Sequence record: SRR20825006_350
Strand: one strand, 5' to 3'
DNA length: 39,856 nt
Part shown: positions 30,399 through 39,856 of the stretch, piece after piece
Layout: every line of letters begins with the position of its first letter
Position numbering within the stretch: the first letter of the stretch is position 1
The notes under the pieces: generated by a model
Databases searched by the model: none
Seen by the model: only the letters and a program-made list of their open reading frames with translations
Told to the model about the DNA's origin: nothing
Position numbers and translations under genes: made by a program

Positions 30399-31838
30399 AT
30401 GAAGCGAAGTGAGCTTACCGGACATCCGCAGATCCTCGATGGAGAGGGTCCACTCGGAGGGCCAAAAGCGGTTCGAGAACCGCTGGTCACGGGCGGAAAG
30501 TCCTACGCAGACGTCAACAATGACGTCGCCATTCACACCGAACAGCTGCCGACCAAGCTGTGGATCTTCGCGTTTATCCCGTCGATCCTGCTGATGCTGA
30601 TGTTCTTCACAGGCCTTGGCCTCGAGATCACGGTCGGTCAGGGTCTGGTCGGGATCAACCACCCGGTCGGTTGGGGCGTCTACATCGTCAACTTCGTCTT
30701 CTGGATCGGTATCGGCCACGCCGGCACCCTGATCTCGGCGATTTTGTTCCTGTTCCGCCAGAACTGGCGAACGGCGGTCAACCGCTCGGCGGAGGCGATG
30801 ACGATCTTCGCGGTGATGACAGCGGGCCTATTCCCGCTCTTACACACGGGTCGTCCCTGGTTTGCTTACTGGCTGCTTCCTCTTCCCAACGGCCGAGGTC
30901 CCCTGTGGGTGAACTTCAACTCGCCGCTGCTCTGGGATGTGTTCGCGGTCTCGACCTACGCCACGATCTCGATCGTGTTCTGGTATGTGGGCCTGGTGCC
31001 CGATATCGCGTCGGTCAGGGATCGCGCCAAGGACCCGCGCCGCAAGCTGCTCTACACGATCCTTAGCCTCGGCTGGACGGGCTCCTCGCGTGGCTGGCGC
31101 CACTACGAGGCGGCCTACATGCTGCTCGCCGGTCTGGCGACGCCGCTCGTCCTCTCGGTGCACACGATCGTTTCGTTCGACTTCGCGGTCTCGGTGATTC
31201 CCGGTTGGCACACGACGATCTTCCCGCCCTACTTCGTGGCGGGCGCCATCTTCTCCGGCTTCGCCATGGTGCTCACGCTCCTGATCATCATGCGTCACGT
31301 CTTCAACCTGAAGGACTACGTGACCATGAACCACATCGAGGCGATGTGTAAGATCGTGCTGGCGACCTCGATGGTGGTGGGGACGGCGTACCTGACAGAG
31401 TTCTTTATCGCGTATTACTCGGGCGTCCCCGGCGAGCGATTCCACTTCGCGAACCGCATGTTCGGTCCCTACTGGTGGGCAGCGCTCATCATGTACGGCT
31501 GCAACATGGTCGTGCCGCAGCTCTTCTGGTTCAAGTCCATGCGCCGCAACATCCCGGTCATCTTTGTCATGACCCTGTTCGTGAACCTCGGGATGTGGTT
31601 CGAGCGCTACGTGATTGTTGTGACCTCGCTGCACCGCGACTTCCTGCCCAGTTCCTGGGGCAACTACGACTTCAAGCCGATGGACTGGATCTTGACGATC
31701 GGTTCCTTCGGGATGTTCATGACGCTCTTCCTGCTGTTCGCCAGGGTTCTTCCGACCATCTGTATGTTCGAGGTGAAGTCGGTCATGGATCCAAAGACAG
31801 CGGTCCGCCCGCGGCGAAAGGAGTTGGCAGATGGCTGA
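30399..31838 (+). CDS. actC: Alternative complex III quinol-binding membrane subunit (NrfD/PsrC family)
   Basis: [68 protein letters not shown]. Confidence 0.96.
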   Translation: MKRSELTGHPQILDGEGPLGGPKAVREPLVTGGKSYADVNNDVAIHTEQLPTKLWIFAFIPSILLMLMFFTGLGLEITVGQGLVGINHPVGWGVYIVNFVFWIGIGHAGTLISAILFLFRQNWRTAVNRSAEAMTIFAVMTAGLFPLLHTGRPWFAYWLLPLPNGRGPLWVNFNSPLLWDVFAVSTYATISIVFWYVGLVPDIASVRDRAKDPRRKLLYTILSLGWTGSSRGWRHYEAAYMLLAGLATPLVLSVHTIVSFDFAVSVIPGWHTTIFPPYFVAGAIFSGFAMVLTLLIIMRHVFNLKDYVTMNHIEAMCKIVLATSMVVGTAYLTEFFIAYYSGVPGERFHFANRMFGPYWWAALIMYGCNMVVPQLFWFKSMRRNIPVIFVMTLFVNLGMWFERYVIVVTSLHRDFLPSSWGNYDFKPMDWILTIGSFGMFMTLFLLFARVLPTICMFEVKSVMDPKTAVRPRRKELADG

Positions 31839-32913
31839 CGAAACGAAAGATAAGACGACAGACGAAGAGAAGGATCAGGTCGAGGAGACCTCGGAAGCCT
31901 CTGATGAAGAAGAGGAGGTCGAGGAGTCCGCTGAGACTGCTGATACCGAAGATGAAGCTGGCGACGACTCCGACGACTCTGAAGAAGAGGACGGAGACGA
32001 CGAGGACGAAGAGGCAGCGGCAGATGATGCCGACGCCGAAGAGGACTCGGACGACTCGGAAGAGGATGACGCCGACGCTTCTGAAGAAGAAGATGAGGAC
32101 GATGAGGACGCAGACGCGGAGGCCTCCTTTGCTCCTGGCGACGATGACGACGCCGAGGAAGACGAAGAAGAGGATGACTCCGAGGATGAGGACTCGGACG
32201 AAGATGACGACGATGACGATCTCTTCGACGTCGATCCTGAAGAGGATGACGAAGAAGAGGACTCGGACGTCGACGCCGATGAGCTCGAGGATGATGAGGA
32301 CTCGGACGAAGATGACGATGACGTCGACGCGTCCGACGATGACATCACGCTGCACACGGTGAGTGAGACGAGCACGTCCTCCTCGACCGACAGCGAAGAT
32401 GACCTCGATGGTCTGGCCGCCTACTTCGACTACCCTGCCGAGCTGTTGCACGCCGCGGAGGTGATGCGCGACTCGGAGAAGTTCGAGAAGTGGGACCTGT
32501 TCTCGCCCTTCCCCATTCACGGGTTCGAAGAGGCGATGGGAATCGGGCGCTCCTGGCTCCCATGGGTCACGTTCGTGGCAGGCGGCACCGGCTTCACGCT
32601 GGCGAACCTGTTGCAGTTCGGGACGCTGACGTTTGACTGGCCGATGATTATCGGCGGCAAGCCTTACGCGCCCTGGCCTTCGTTCGTGCCGATCATGTTC
32701 GAGTTGACGGTGCTTATTGGTGGCGTGACCTCGGCGCTGGTGATGTTTATCGCCGCCGGGTGCTTCCGCAAGCCACGCATCATCGACCCCGAGATCACGA
32801 ATGACCGCTTTGTCCTCTGGATCGACGCCAATGATCCAAACTTCGACGAAGCGCGCGCGTTCATGGAGGAGCTCGATCCGGTCGAAATCCGAGACGTTCG
32901 GTTCGACTCGTGA
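31831..32913 (+). CDS. actD: Alternative complex III subunit D (DUF3341) with long acidic N-terminal extension
   Basis: GGAG RBS, overlap with actC stop; core [37 protein letters not shown] from about aa 194. Confidence 0.92.
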   Translation: MADETKDKTTDEEKDQVEETSEASDEEEEVEESAETADTEDEAGDDSDDSEEEDGDDEDEEAAADDADAEEDSDDSEEDDADASEEEDEDDEDADAEASFAPGDDDDAEEDEEEDDSEDEDSDEDDDDDDLFDVDPEEDDEEEDSDVDADELEDDEDSDEDDDDVDASDDDITLHTVSETSTSSSTDSEDDLDGLAAYFDYPAELLHAAEVMRDSEKFEKWDLFSPFPIHGFEEAMGIGRSWLPWVTFVAGGTGFTLANLLQFGTLTFDWPMIIGGKPYAPWPSFVPIMFELTVLIGGVTSALVMFIAAGCFRKPRIIDPEITNDRFVLWIDANDPNFDEARAFMEELDPVEIRDVRFDS

Positions 32914-32939
32914 AGGCGCCAAGAGGAAGCAGAGAAGTG

Positions 32940-33608
32940 ATGTTGATGAACACCATGCAAAGAGACAGATCGATGCGTCACGCTCGCCACACCCGATTGC
33001 TGAGTGCTGGTCTGATGCTCGCGCTCCTCTCGGGGACGGGGTGTGTGGAGGTCGGGATCCCGGCTGATGGCAACAAGCCCCACGCCGAGCTTAACCCGGT
33101 CCAGGGGATGCACGCCTCGCCAGCGTTCAAGGATCAAGAGGTCCAGATCGCTTACAACAGCGAGAAAGATCGCTGGGACGACTCCGCGATGCGCACGCCT
33201 CCGAGCGAGACGATCCACGAGAAGTTCCGCCCCTACCGATACGTGGGGGATACGGAAGGCTCGAAGCAGCTCAAGAACCCGGTGGCGATCACCGAGGACA
33301 GCTTGCGCTACGGGAAGTTGCTCTACGAGACCAACTGCATCGTTTGCCACGGCAAAGCGGGTCAGGGCAATGGCTACGTGATCGGACCAGAGAAGTACTC
33401 TCAGAAGCCGCCGACGCTGACCTCGCAGAAGGTCCGCAACTGGGAAGATGGTGAGATCTATCACATCATCACCAACGGCCAGGGGAGCATGTGGTCCTAC
33501 AAGAATAATCTCTACCCGGTCGAGCGCTGGGCAGTGGTCAACTACGTCCGCGCCTTGCAGCGTGCGGACTTCCCGGAGCCTCAGGATCTGGACAGGATCC
33601 GCGAGTAA
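32940..33608 (+). CDS. actE: Alternative complex III monoheme cytochrome c lipoprotein
   Basis: Lipobox-like LLSGTG-C; MRTPP; CIVCH; DGEIYHIITNG..M; RWAVVNYVRALQ. Start uncertain (32937/32940 or later). Confidence 0.9.
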   Translation: MLMNTMQRDRSMRHARHTRLLSAGLMLALLSGTGCVEVGIPADGNKPHAELNPVQGMHASPAFKDQEVQIAYNSEKDRWDDSAMRTPPSETIHEKFRPYRYVGDTEGSKQLKNPVAITEDSLRYGKLLYETNCIVCHGKAGQGNGYVIGPEKYSQKPPTLTSQKVRNWEDGEIYHIITNGQGSMWSYKNNLYPVERWAVVNYVRALQRADFPEPQDLDRIRE

Positions 33609-33759
33609 GTGGAGCGGCCTGCGGGCTCGAACGTTTGCGAAGCGCAACGGTTGAATCTGCAGGCGGGTTGAGGACATCACACGAATCGATGAGTGGTACC
33701 CTACGCATAATGGAAGCGAGGGAGCGCACCACTCGAGCATAGAGTTTGAGGCAAGCCTC

Positions 33760-35061
33760 ATGGGACATCACGGACACCATGATAAGATCGTCGAGCCAAA
33801 GCCGCTCGAGATCCCACGCAACTTCCAGATGGGAGCAGGAGCAGTGGCAGCCGTCGGGCTGATCGTGTTCCTGGTTACGGCCTTCGCGTATGACAGCGTG
33901 GTCGCGTGGAAAGGGTTTTTGATCGGGTTCTGGTTCACGCTGGGGCTCGGGCTGTTTGGCCCGTTCTTCGCGTCGATCCAGCACATGCCTCGCGCCGGCT
34001 GGAGCGTCTCGCTGCGCCGCATCGTCGAGGCTTACGGCTGGTATATCCCCGTCGCCGCTGTCTTTGCAGCCATCGGCATCGTGGGGATTCCGCAGGACAT
34101 CTTCATCTGGCAGCACCCGGACGCGATCACCGATCCGATCTTTGCCAAGAAGGCAGGGTTCCTGAACAAGTCGAACTTCATCATCGCGACGGTCGCCTCG
34201 TTCGGCGCCTGGTTTGGCCTCTTCTACCTGCAGCGCACGCTCTCCTTGAAACAGGACGAGACCACCAGCGGCGAGGAAGTCTACGCGATCACCAACAAGC
34301 TCAAGGCGACCAGCGCGCTCTACTGCATCGTGTTCGCCATCGGCGTCTCGTTCATGAGCTGGTTCTGGTTGATGAGCCTCGAGCCAAACTGGTTCTCGAC
34401 GATGTTCAGCGTTTACTGCTTCGCGGGCATGTTCCAGTCGGGCCTGGCGCTGACCTACGTCCTCATGATTTACCTTGGCCGCAAGGGCTACTTCGGAAGC
34501 TTCATGGGCGGCCGTCAGGTGCACGACCTCGGCAAGATGGTCTTTGGCTTCACGGTCTTCTACGCCTACATCGGGTTCTGTCAGTTCCTCCTGATCTGGT
34601 ACGCCAACATTCCTGAGGAGGACGTCTGGTACATCGTGCGCCTGGAGAACGGGTGGCTGCTCTTCACGCTCGCCCTCCCCTTCATCAAGTTCGCCGTGCC
34701 CTTCCTGATCATGCTTCCGCAGAAGATCAAGAAGAACAAAGACAACGTGATGTACTACCTGTGCATGTGGCTCATCGGCACGCAGCTGTATGAAATCTGG
34801 TACTGGGTCGAGCCTCAGGCGCACGGTCTGCACATGCACGCCAACCATGGCGGCGGCGCAGCGGCAGGGTTTAGCTTCGTGAACATGGTCCTCGAGATGC
34901 TTATCGCGGCAGGATTTGCCGGCGTGTTCGCGCTCGTGGCAGCCAGGGCGCTCGCAGGCCGCAACCTTGTCCCAGTCCACGACCCCTACTTGCACGAGAC
35001 CCTCCCAGCCTTCACACACGAGGAGGTCTTGATGGGTGGTGCATACGACAAGACGCTCTGA
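33760..35061 (+). CDS. actF: Alternative complex III membrane subunit F
   Basis: About 10 TMs; GWSVSLRR, WLMSLEPNWFSTMF, HDLGK, FCQFLLIWYANIPEE. Confidence 0.93.
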   Translation: MGHHGHHDKIVEPKPLEIPRNFQMGAGAVAAVGLIVFLVTAFAYDSVVAWKGFLIGFWFTLGLGLFGPFFASIQHMPRAGWSVSLRRIVEAYGWYIPVAAVFAAIGIVGIPQDIFIWQHPDAITDPIFAKKAGFLNKSNFIIATVASFGAWFGLFYLQRTLSLKQDETTSGEEVYAITNKLKATSALYCIVFAIGVSFMSWFWLMSLEPNWFSTMFSVYCFAGMFQSGLALTYVLMIYLGRKGYFGSFMGGRQVHDLGKMVFGFTVFYAYIGFCQFLLIWYANIPEEDVWYIVRLENGWLLFTLALPFIKFAVPFLIMLPQKIKKNKDNVMYYLCMWLIGTQLYEIWYWVEPQAHGLHMHANHGGGAAAGFSFVNMVLEMLIAAGFAGVFALVAARALAGRNLVPVHDPYLHETLPAFTHEEVLMGGAYDKTL

Positions 35062-35168
35062 GACGGCACAAACGCATCTCGACGCAAAAGAGAACAAGCA
35101 ATTCGACAGCGCCCCTGGCAAGAGCAGAAGAACCCTCGACGGGGCGCGTCATAGAGAGCAAGAGAACA

Positions 35169-36791
35169 GTGGCAGAGAAGATGAGACATACCTTGTTGAA
35201 GAAAGGGCTCAAGGGAGCGATCGTACTCGGCGGGCTCTGTGTGCTCATCCCCTCGGTGTACAGCCAGGGGATCGGCCTCAAGAAGCTCGACGAGATGCTC
35301 ACCCCCACGCCCACCAAGCTCGAGCGTGGTAAGGTCATCTACCAACGTCAGTGCGTCACCTGTCACGGTGACCAGGGCACCAACGACACCGAGTGGGCCA
35401 AGTCGAACGGCCTGGCCGCGGGTGGCTTCAAGGCAGGTTGGGAGCATGGCGGCGGCGTCATCCAGATCTACAACACGATCTCGCAGAAGCAGGATGACCT
35501 CCAGCACCCCGTCTTCAACTATGTCGCTTATCAGGATCGCTGGGCGGTTTCGCACTACGTGCGAAGCTTCAACCCGAATCAAACCGATCCTGCTGCGGTC
35601 AAGGAGCAAGCTCGCGTCGACGCCGTCAACGGCGTCTGCCGCGAGGAGCTCAAGACCCAGATCAGCGAGAGCATGAAGCCAAAGGGCGAGGAGCAACTCA
35701 CCAAGGGCAAAGAGGTCTACGCGACCAACTGCGCATCCTGTCACGGAGAAGCGGGCAAGGGTGATGGCGCGGCAGCAGCAGCGCTCAACCCCGCGCCTCG
35801 TAACTTCACCAAGGCTGACGCCAAGTGGACCAACGGGAGCAGCGAGCTGGCGATCTTCAACACGCTCGCCAACGGCATCGAGGGCACCTCGATGGCTTCC
35901 TACAAGCACCTGACCGAGGAAGAGCGCTGGGCTCTGACGCACTACGTGCGCAACTGGGTGCCAGAGAAGGCCAAGGAATCCTCCACCGACGAGCAGGTCG
36001 TGGCGGTGTGTCGCTCGTTGAGCGCGCCCAAGAAGCCAGAAGCGATCCCTGTCGAGATGGCGATGAAGTTCTTGGCCGAGGACGCGCCCGCAAAGCGCCA
36101 GCTGGCCCGACAGGGTTACGGCGCGGTCTACACCTACAACGACGCCAACGCTGACAAGGGGAGCAAGATCTACACGGATCACTGCGCCGCCTGTCACGGC
36201 TCGCGCGGCGAGGGTGCGCAGCCTATCGGACCATACGGCGCGGTGCCTCCGTTCCTCTACCTGACCGTCGCGCCATTGAGTAACAATGACGCAGGTGGCA
36301 GCTACGACACGTTCGCGACCCGCGTCGCGGGCGGCGTCCACGCGACCTTGCCCGATATGACGGGTGTCGCGCTCATCAGCGAGAGCGAGTGGAAGGACCT
36401 CCACGCCTACGTCGGCAAGTTCGACGGAGACGCGGAGTACATCGCCGCAGACATCGCCGAGATGCGCAACAAGCCTGCCCTGGAGCTCGCCATCGAGGTC
36501 AAGGCAGACCAGACGATGACGCTCGACGGCCAGGCCGTGACGATGGAGGAGCTCGGCCAACGCGTGGCAGAGACCACCAAGTCTGGGCGTCGCGTCAACC
36601 TCAAGGTCGTGGCACCGGCGACGTTCACGCCCGAGCAAGTCAAGACGCTGGGCGAGAGCCTCGGCGCCGTGGGCGCGACCGACATCGAGGTGAGCGCACA
36701 GTCTGCGCCAGCACCCGCGCCACAGCCCGCTCCTGAAGGAGCAAAAGAGCAACCTGGAGATCAAGGGAACGCGCCGAGCGCGAACCCCTGA
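35169..36791 (+). CDS. Periplasmic triheme class I cytochrome c with C-terminal ExbD/TolR-like domain
   Basis: Signal peptide; CVTCH, CASCH, CAACH; GDGAAAAALNPAPRNF and GTSMASY typical class I domain; C-terminal domain call is by-eye only. Start may be ATG 35181. Confidence 0.85.
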   Translation: MAEKMRHTLLKKGLKGAIVLGGLCVLIPSVYSQGIGLKKLDEMLTPTPTKLERGKVIYQRQCVTCHGDQGTNDTEWAKSNGLAAGGFKAGWEHGGGVIQIYNTISQKQDDLQHPVFNYVAYQDRWAVSHYVRSFNPNQTDPAAVKEQARVDAVNGVCREELKTQISESMKPKGEEQLTKGKEVYATNCASCHGEAGKGDGAAAAALNPAPRNFTKADAKWTNGSSELAIFNTLANGIEGTSMASYKHLTEEERWALTHYVRNWVPEKAKESSTDEQVVAVCRSLSAPKKPEAIPVEMAMKFLAEDAPAKRQLARQGYGAVYTYNDANADKGSKIYTDHCAACHGSRGEGAQPIGPYGAVPPFLYLTVAPLSNNDAGGSYDTFATRVAGGVHATLPDMTGVALISESEWKDLHAYVGKFDGDAEYIAADIAEMRNKPALELAIEVKADQTMTLDGQAVTMEELGQRVAETTKSGRRVNLKVVAPATFTPEQVKTLGESLGAVGATDIEVSAQSAPAPAPQPAPEGAKEQPGDQGNAPSANP

Positions 36792-36968
36792 GGATAGAGA
36801 CCACCGCGTGTGAGCACGCGGTGGTTGATACGAGCAACAGAATCCGTGCTCGCAAGCAAGCGAGCATTGTGTATGCTAATCGCGATTTTTCCTGAAGTTG
36901 GTTTGGGTTAAACCTGCTTTTGACCTCGAAAGGTCAGCAAGAAGATATCGCGAAAGCCAAGAGCCCGA

Positions 36969-38633
36969 GTGAAGAAGATGAAACTGTTGAGGACACTTCG
37001 CACCCGCATCCGCGCGAAACACCTCTGGACCGCCCTCGCCATGTTGGGGGTGATCTTGCTCCCGGCGATCGCGCTGGCGATCCCTGGAGCGGGTGATTTC
37101 ACGTCGCTCGAGTCTCCGACAGGGAGGTCGATGACGGGCCTCTACAACCTGTTGGCCAAGATCTGCATGGTGATCTTTGTCATCGTCTGTGCGGTGATGT
37201 TTGGCGCGATCCTGCGCTTCCGTCGCAAGAGCGATGACGAGCGCCCCGAGCAGGTCCATGGCAACATGAAGGTCGAGTTCGGCCTCCTGGTTGCCGCGAG
37301 CATCGTGCAGATCTTTATCGGAATCAAAACGATCGACGTCATGTGGTACGTCGAGAAGATCCCGGCAAAGACCGACTTCACGGTCGAGGCGATCGGGTAC
37401 CAGTGGGACTGGAAGTTCCGCTACCCTGACCATGGCGGTATGGTGACCGAGGATCTCGTGATCCCGGCCTACACCAACGTCCGCCTCGAGATCACCTCGG
37501 AGGATGTGATTCACTCGCTCTTCGTGCCCGAGCTCGGCATCAAGATGGACGCCGTCCCCGGCCGCCTCAACTACTGGTGGATCAACGCCGATGGCCCGGT
37601 CAATCAGCTGGGCGCCGAGAACCGCCTCTCTCCCGAGACCGCACGTCGCGACACGCTCCCGACAACGCGCCCCGACAGCCCGATGCTCGAGCAGGTCCTC
37701 AACCAGCTCAACTTCGTGGCCGAGGACGAGAAGGTCACGCAATACGGTGGCCTCGAGCAGCGCGTGACGTACCTCTCGGCGAGCCGCAAGGCCGATGACC
37801 GCTACGCCAAGTACGACGCGGTCGAGTATCGCGGCATGTGCACCGAGATCTGCGGTAAGGGCCACTACGACATGTACTTCCGCGTCGTCGCCATGACCCC
37901 CGACAGCTTCAAGCAGTGGGTCGAGGATCAGAAGAACGGCGGCGGCCGCGCAGCAGACGGCGGCGCGATCTACTCGAGTAAGTGTGCCTCCTGCCACGGC
38001 GCTGACGGCGCTGGCATCGGCGCGCAGTTCCCTCCGCTGGCGGGCTCCGAGTGGGTCAACCAAGACAACGACGAGAACAAGCGCAAGCACATCGAGGTCG
38101 TGCTCAACGGCCTCAAGGGCGAGATCAAGGTCAAGGGTCAAACCTACAATGGCGTGATGCAGCCCTGGTTTAGCGTCTTCAACGATGAAGAGGTCGCCGC
38201 GGTCGTGAACCACGAGCGCACGAACTGGGGTAACGCGGGCGGCGAAGTGACGCCGAAGATGGTCGCCGAGGTCCGCGAGGGTCTCGGACACCCACCCTAC
38301 CCCGCAGGTGGTGCGACGCCAGTTGCAGAGAAGGATCTGCAGGATCGCGGCGCGCAAATCTACGAGGCATGTTCGACATGCCACGGCGCTGACGGCAAGA
38401 AGCTCAAGCCCGCGTTGGCGACGAGCCCCATGGTCGTGAGCAATATCGAAGGCTTCGTCGGGATGCTGGTCAACGGCACCGCGAAGAAGTCGGCGATGGG
38501 ACGCTCGATGAGTGATGAAGAGATCGCCTCGATCATCACGTACACGAGGATGTCCCTTGGCGCCAACGCGAGCGCCGTGCAACCAAGCGAAGTCAAGCGT
38601 ATCCGCGAGCAGGTCGAGAAGCCGCTCAAGTGA
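36969..38633 (+). CDS. coxB: Cytochrome c oxidase subunit II fused to two cytochrome c domains
   Basis: Two TMs, QVHGN, GYQWDWKFRY, DVIHS, DAVPG, CuA motif CTEICGKGHYDM; CASCH and CSTCH domains. Confidence 0.95.
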   Translation: MKKMKLLRTLRTRIRAKHLWTALAMLGVILLPAIALAIPGAGDFTSLESPTGRSMTGLYNLLAKICMVIFVIVCAVMFGAILRFRRKSDDERPEQVHGNMKVEFGLLVAASIVQIFIGIKTIDVMWYVEKIPAKTDFTVEAIGYQWDWKFRYPDHGGMVTEDLVIPAYTNVRLEITSEDVIHSLFVPELGIKMDAVPGRLNYWWINADGPVNQLGAENRLSPETARRDTLPTTRPDSPMLEQVLNQLNFVAEDEKVTQYGGLEQRVTYLSASRKADDRYAKYDAVEYRGMCTEICGKGHYDMYFRVVAMTPDSFKQWVEDQKNGGGRAADGGAIYSSKCASCHGADGAGIGAQFPPLAGSEWVNQDNDENKRKHIEVVLNGLKGEIKVKGQTYNGVMQPWFSVFNDEEVAAVVNHERTNWGNAGGEVTPKMVAEVREGLGHPPYPAGGATPVAEKDLQDRGAQIYEACSTCHGADGKKLKPALATSPMVVSNIEGFVGMLVNGTAKKSAMGRSMSDEEIASIITYTRMSLGANASAVQPSEVKRIREQVEKPLK

Positions 38634-38793
38634 AAGCAAGATGATAAGGTAGCGTGGTGACCTTCCAGCGATAGACGAAGGCACCACGAGCCACACCCCA
38701 ATGTCGGAGTGAGCCGAGCAAGCGAGCGCTCCGAGTGATTCGCCTGCAATCAGGCAGCAAGACACACGAACCGACGGTAAAGGCAGCGAAGCT

Positions 38794-39856
38794 ATGTTCT
38801 CTCTAGGTTTATTACTTTTCGCGATCGCGGTGGTTGGCGGCGGCCTCTATTACGTCGCCAAGAAGGCCCATGAGCTGGGTACCACACGCTTCACGCACAG
38901 CTACCTCTCGCCGCTCTCGAAAGAGGCCGAGACGTCGTTCTTCCGCTACATCATGGAGTGGTTCTACACGACGGATGCAAAGCGCATCGGCGTGCTCTAC
39001 ATCATCTTCGCCGTGGTCATGGGCCTGGTCGGGTTGGCTGAGTCTATTGCCATCCGCATCGAGCTGATGGAGCCCGGGATGAACTTCGTCTCGGACGCGA
39101 CCTACCTGACGCTTCCGGGGATGCACGCGACGGCGATGATCTTCTTCTTCATCATCCCGCTCTTCACCGGCTTCGGTAACTTCATCACGCCGGTCCAGAT
39201 CGGCGCACCCGATATGGCGTTCCCCAAGCTCAACCTGGCGGCGTTCTGGATTCTCCCGGTCGCAGCGCTCGCAGCGTTTAGCTCGGTGTTCTTCCAGGTC
39301 GCCGGCGTCACCACGATCGGTGGCCTCGGTGTGGTCCCTCCTGACTTTGGATGGACGGCCTACCCGCCCCTGTCGAACTCCTACTACATGAAGACGCTCG
39401 GCGCGGACCTCTGGCTCATCGGCCTGATTCTCGTCGGTACCAGCTCGACGATGGGCGCGGTCAACTTCCTGTCGACCGTGTTCAACATGCGCTGCAAGAA
39501 CATGACCTTCTTCCAGATGCCTCTGTTCACCTGGGCGATCGTCGTGACGAGCTTCCTGATCCTGGCGTCGACGCCCGTGTTGACCTCGGCGCTGTTGATG
39601 CTCCAGCTCGAGCGCAGCTTCCCCGACCTGTTCCACTTCTTCTCGCCACAAGGTGGCGGCGACCCGATCCTCTACCAACACCTCTTCTGGTTCTACTCAC
39701 ACCCTGCTGTCTACATCATGATCCTGCCAGGATTTGGCATGGTGTCTGAGGTGATCCCGACCTTCTCGCGCAAGCCGATCTTTGGCTACACGGTGATGGT
39801 CTGGTCGATGATCGGAATCGCGGTCCTGGGCTTTGTCGTGTGGGCGCACCACATGT
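38794..39856 (+). CDS. coxA: Cytochrome c oxidase subunit I, type A2, partial (runs off window)
   Basis: Not in the ORF track; translated by hand from ATG 38794: [56 protein letters not shown] (YS form = A2 type), VWAHHM. Confidence 0.96.
   Translation, partial: MFSLGLLLFAIAVVGGGLYYVAKKAHELGTTRFTHSYLSPLSKEAETSFFRYIMEWFYTTDAKRIGVLYIIFAVVMGLVGLAESIAIRIELMEPGMNFVSDATYLTLPGMHATAMIFFFIIPLFTGFGNFITPVQIGAPDMAFPKLNLAAFWILPVAALAAFSSVFFQVAGVTTIGGLGVVPPDFGWTAYPPLSNSYYMKTLGADLWLIGLILVGTSSTMGAVNFLSTVFNMRCKNMTFFQMPLFTWAIVVTSFLILASTPVLTSALLMLQLERSFPDLFHFFSPQGGGDPILYQHLFWFYSHPAVYIMILPGFGMVSEVIPTFSRKPIFGYTVMVWSMIGIAVLGFVVWAHHM

Noticed and set aside
32185-32318. 26-nt direct repeat considered as a CRISPR remnant
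   Set aside because: Only two copies, in frame within the acidic ActD tract, and no cas genes in the window.
31875-32375. Poly-Ser ORF on the minus strand (and Ser-rich ORF 11-352 on plus)
   Set aside because: Simply the reverse complement of GAN-rich Asp/Glu codons in actD and in the gene at 1-879.

Overview
GC-rich bacterial chromosomal window whose gene content points to a Myxococcota/Bradymonadales-like deltaproteobacterium (inference). Left part: 5' end of an AgmX/PglI(GltG)-like gene running off the window on the minus strand, then a plus-strand run of a trypsin-like pseudo-protease, tilS, ftsH, folP, cdaA, cdaR, glmM, nnr and an unusual Cys-rich lipoprotein/beta-barrel ORF. Middle: a GspE-N/MshEN-like protein, trkA-trkH, several hypothetical proteins (two Cys-cluster proteins and a 45-aa membrane protein absent from the ORF track), lolA, a CNNM/CorC hemolysin-family protein and an MFS transporter. 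Right part: alternative complex III genes actABCDEF, a triheme cytochrome c, a di-heme coxB and a partial A2-type coxA. I saw no rRNA, tRNA, CRISPR array or transposase. Best leads: (1) ORF 12172-13485 reads like a bacterial polyprotein (lipoprotein + internal MYXO-CTERM-like anchor + second signal peptide + 8-strand outer-membrane barrel), with a perfect 27-bp-arm palindrome exactly at the junction; (2) a ~190-aa Asp/Glu-rich extension on ActD; (3) a triheme cytochrome ending in an ExbD/TolR-like domain; (4) several strongly structured intergenic regions. All family assignments come from motifs recognised by eye, not from database searches.
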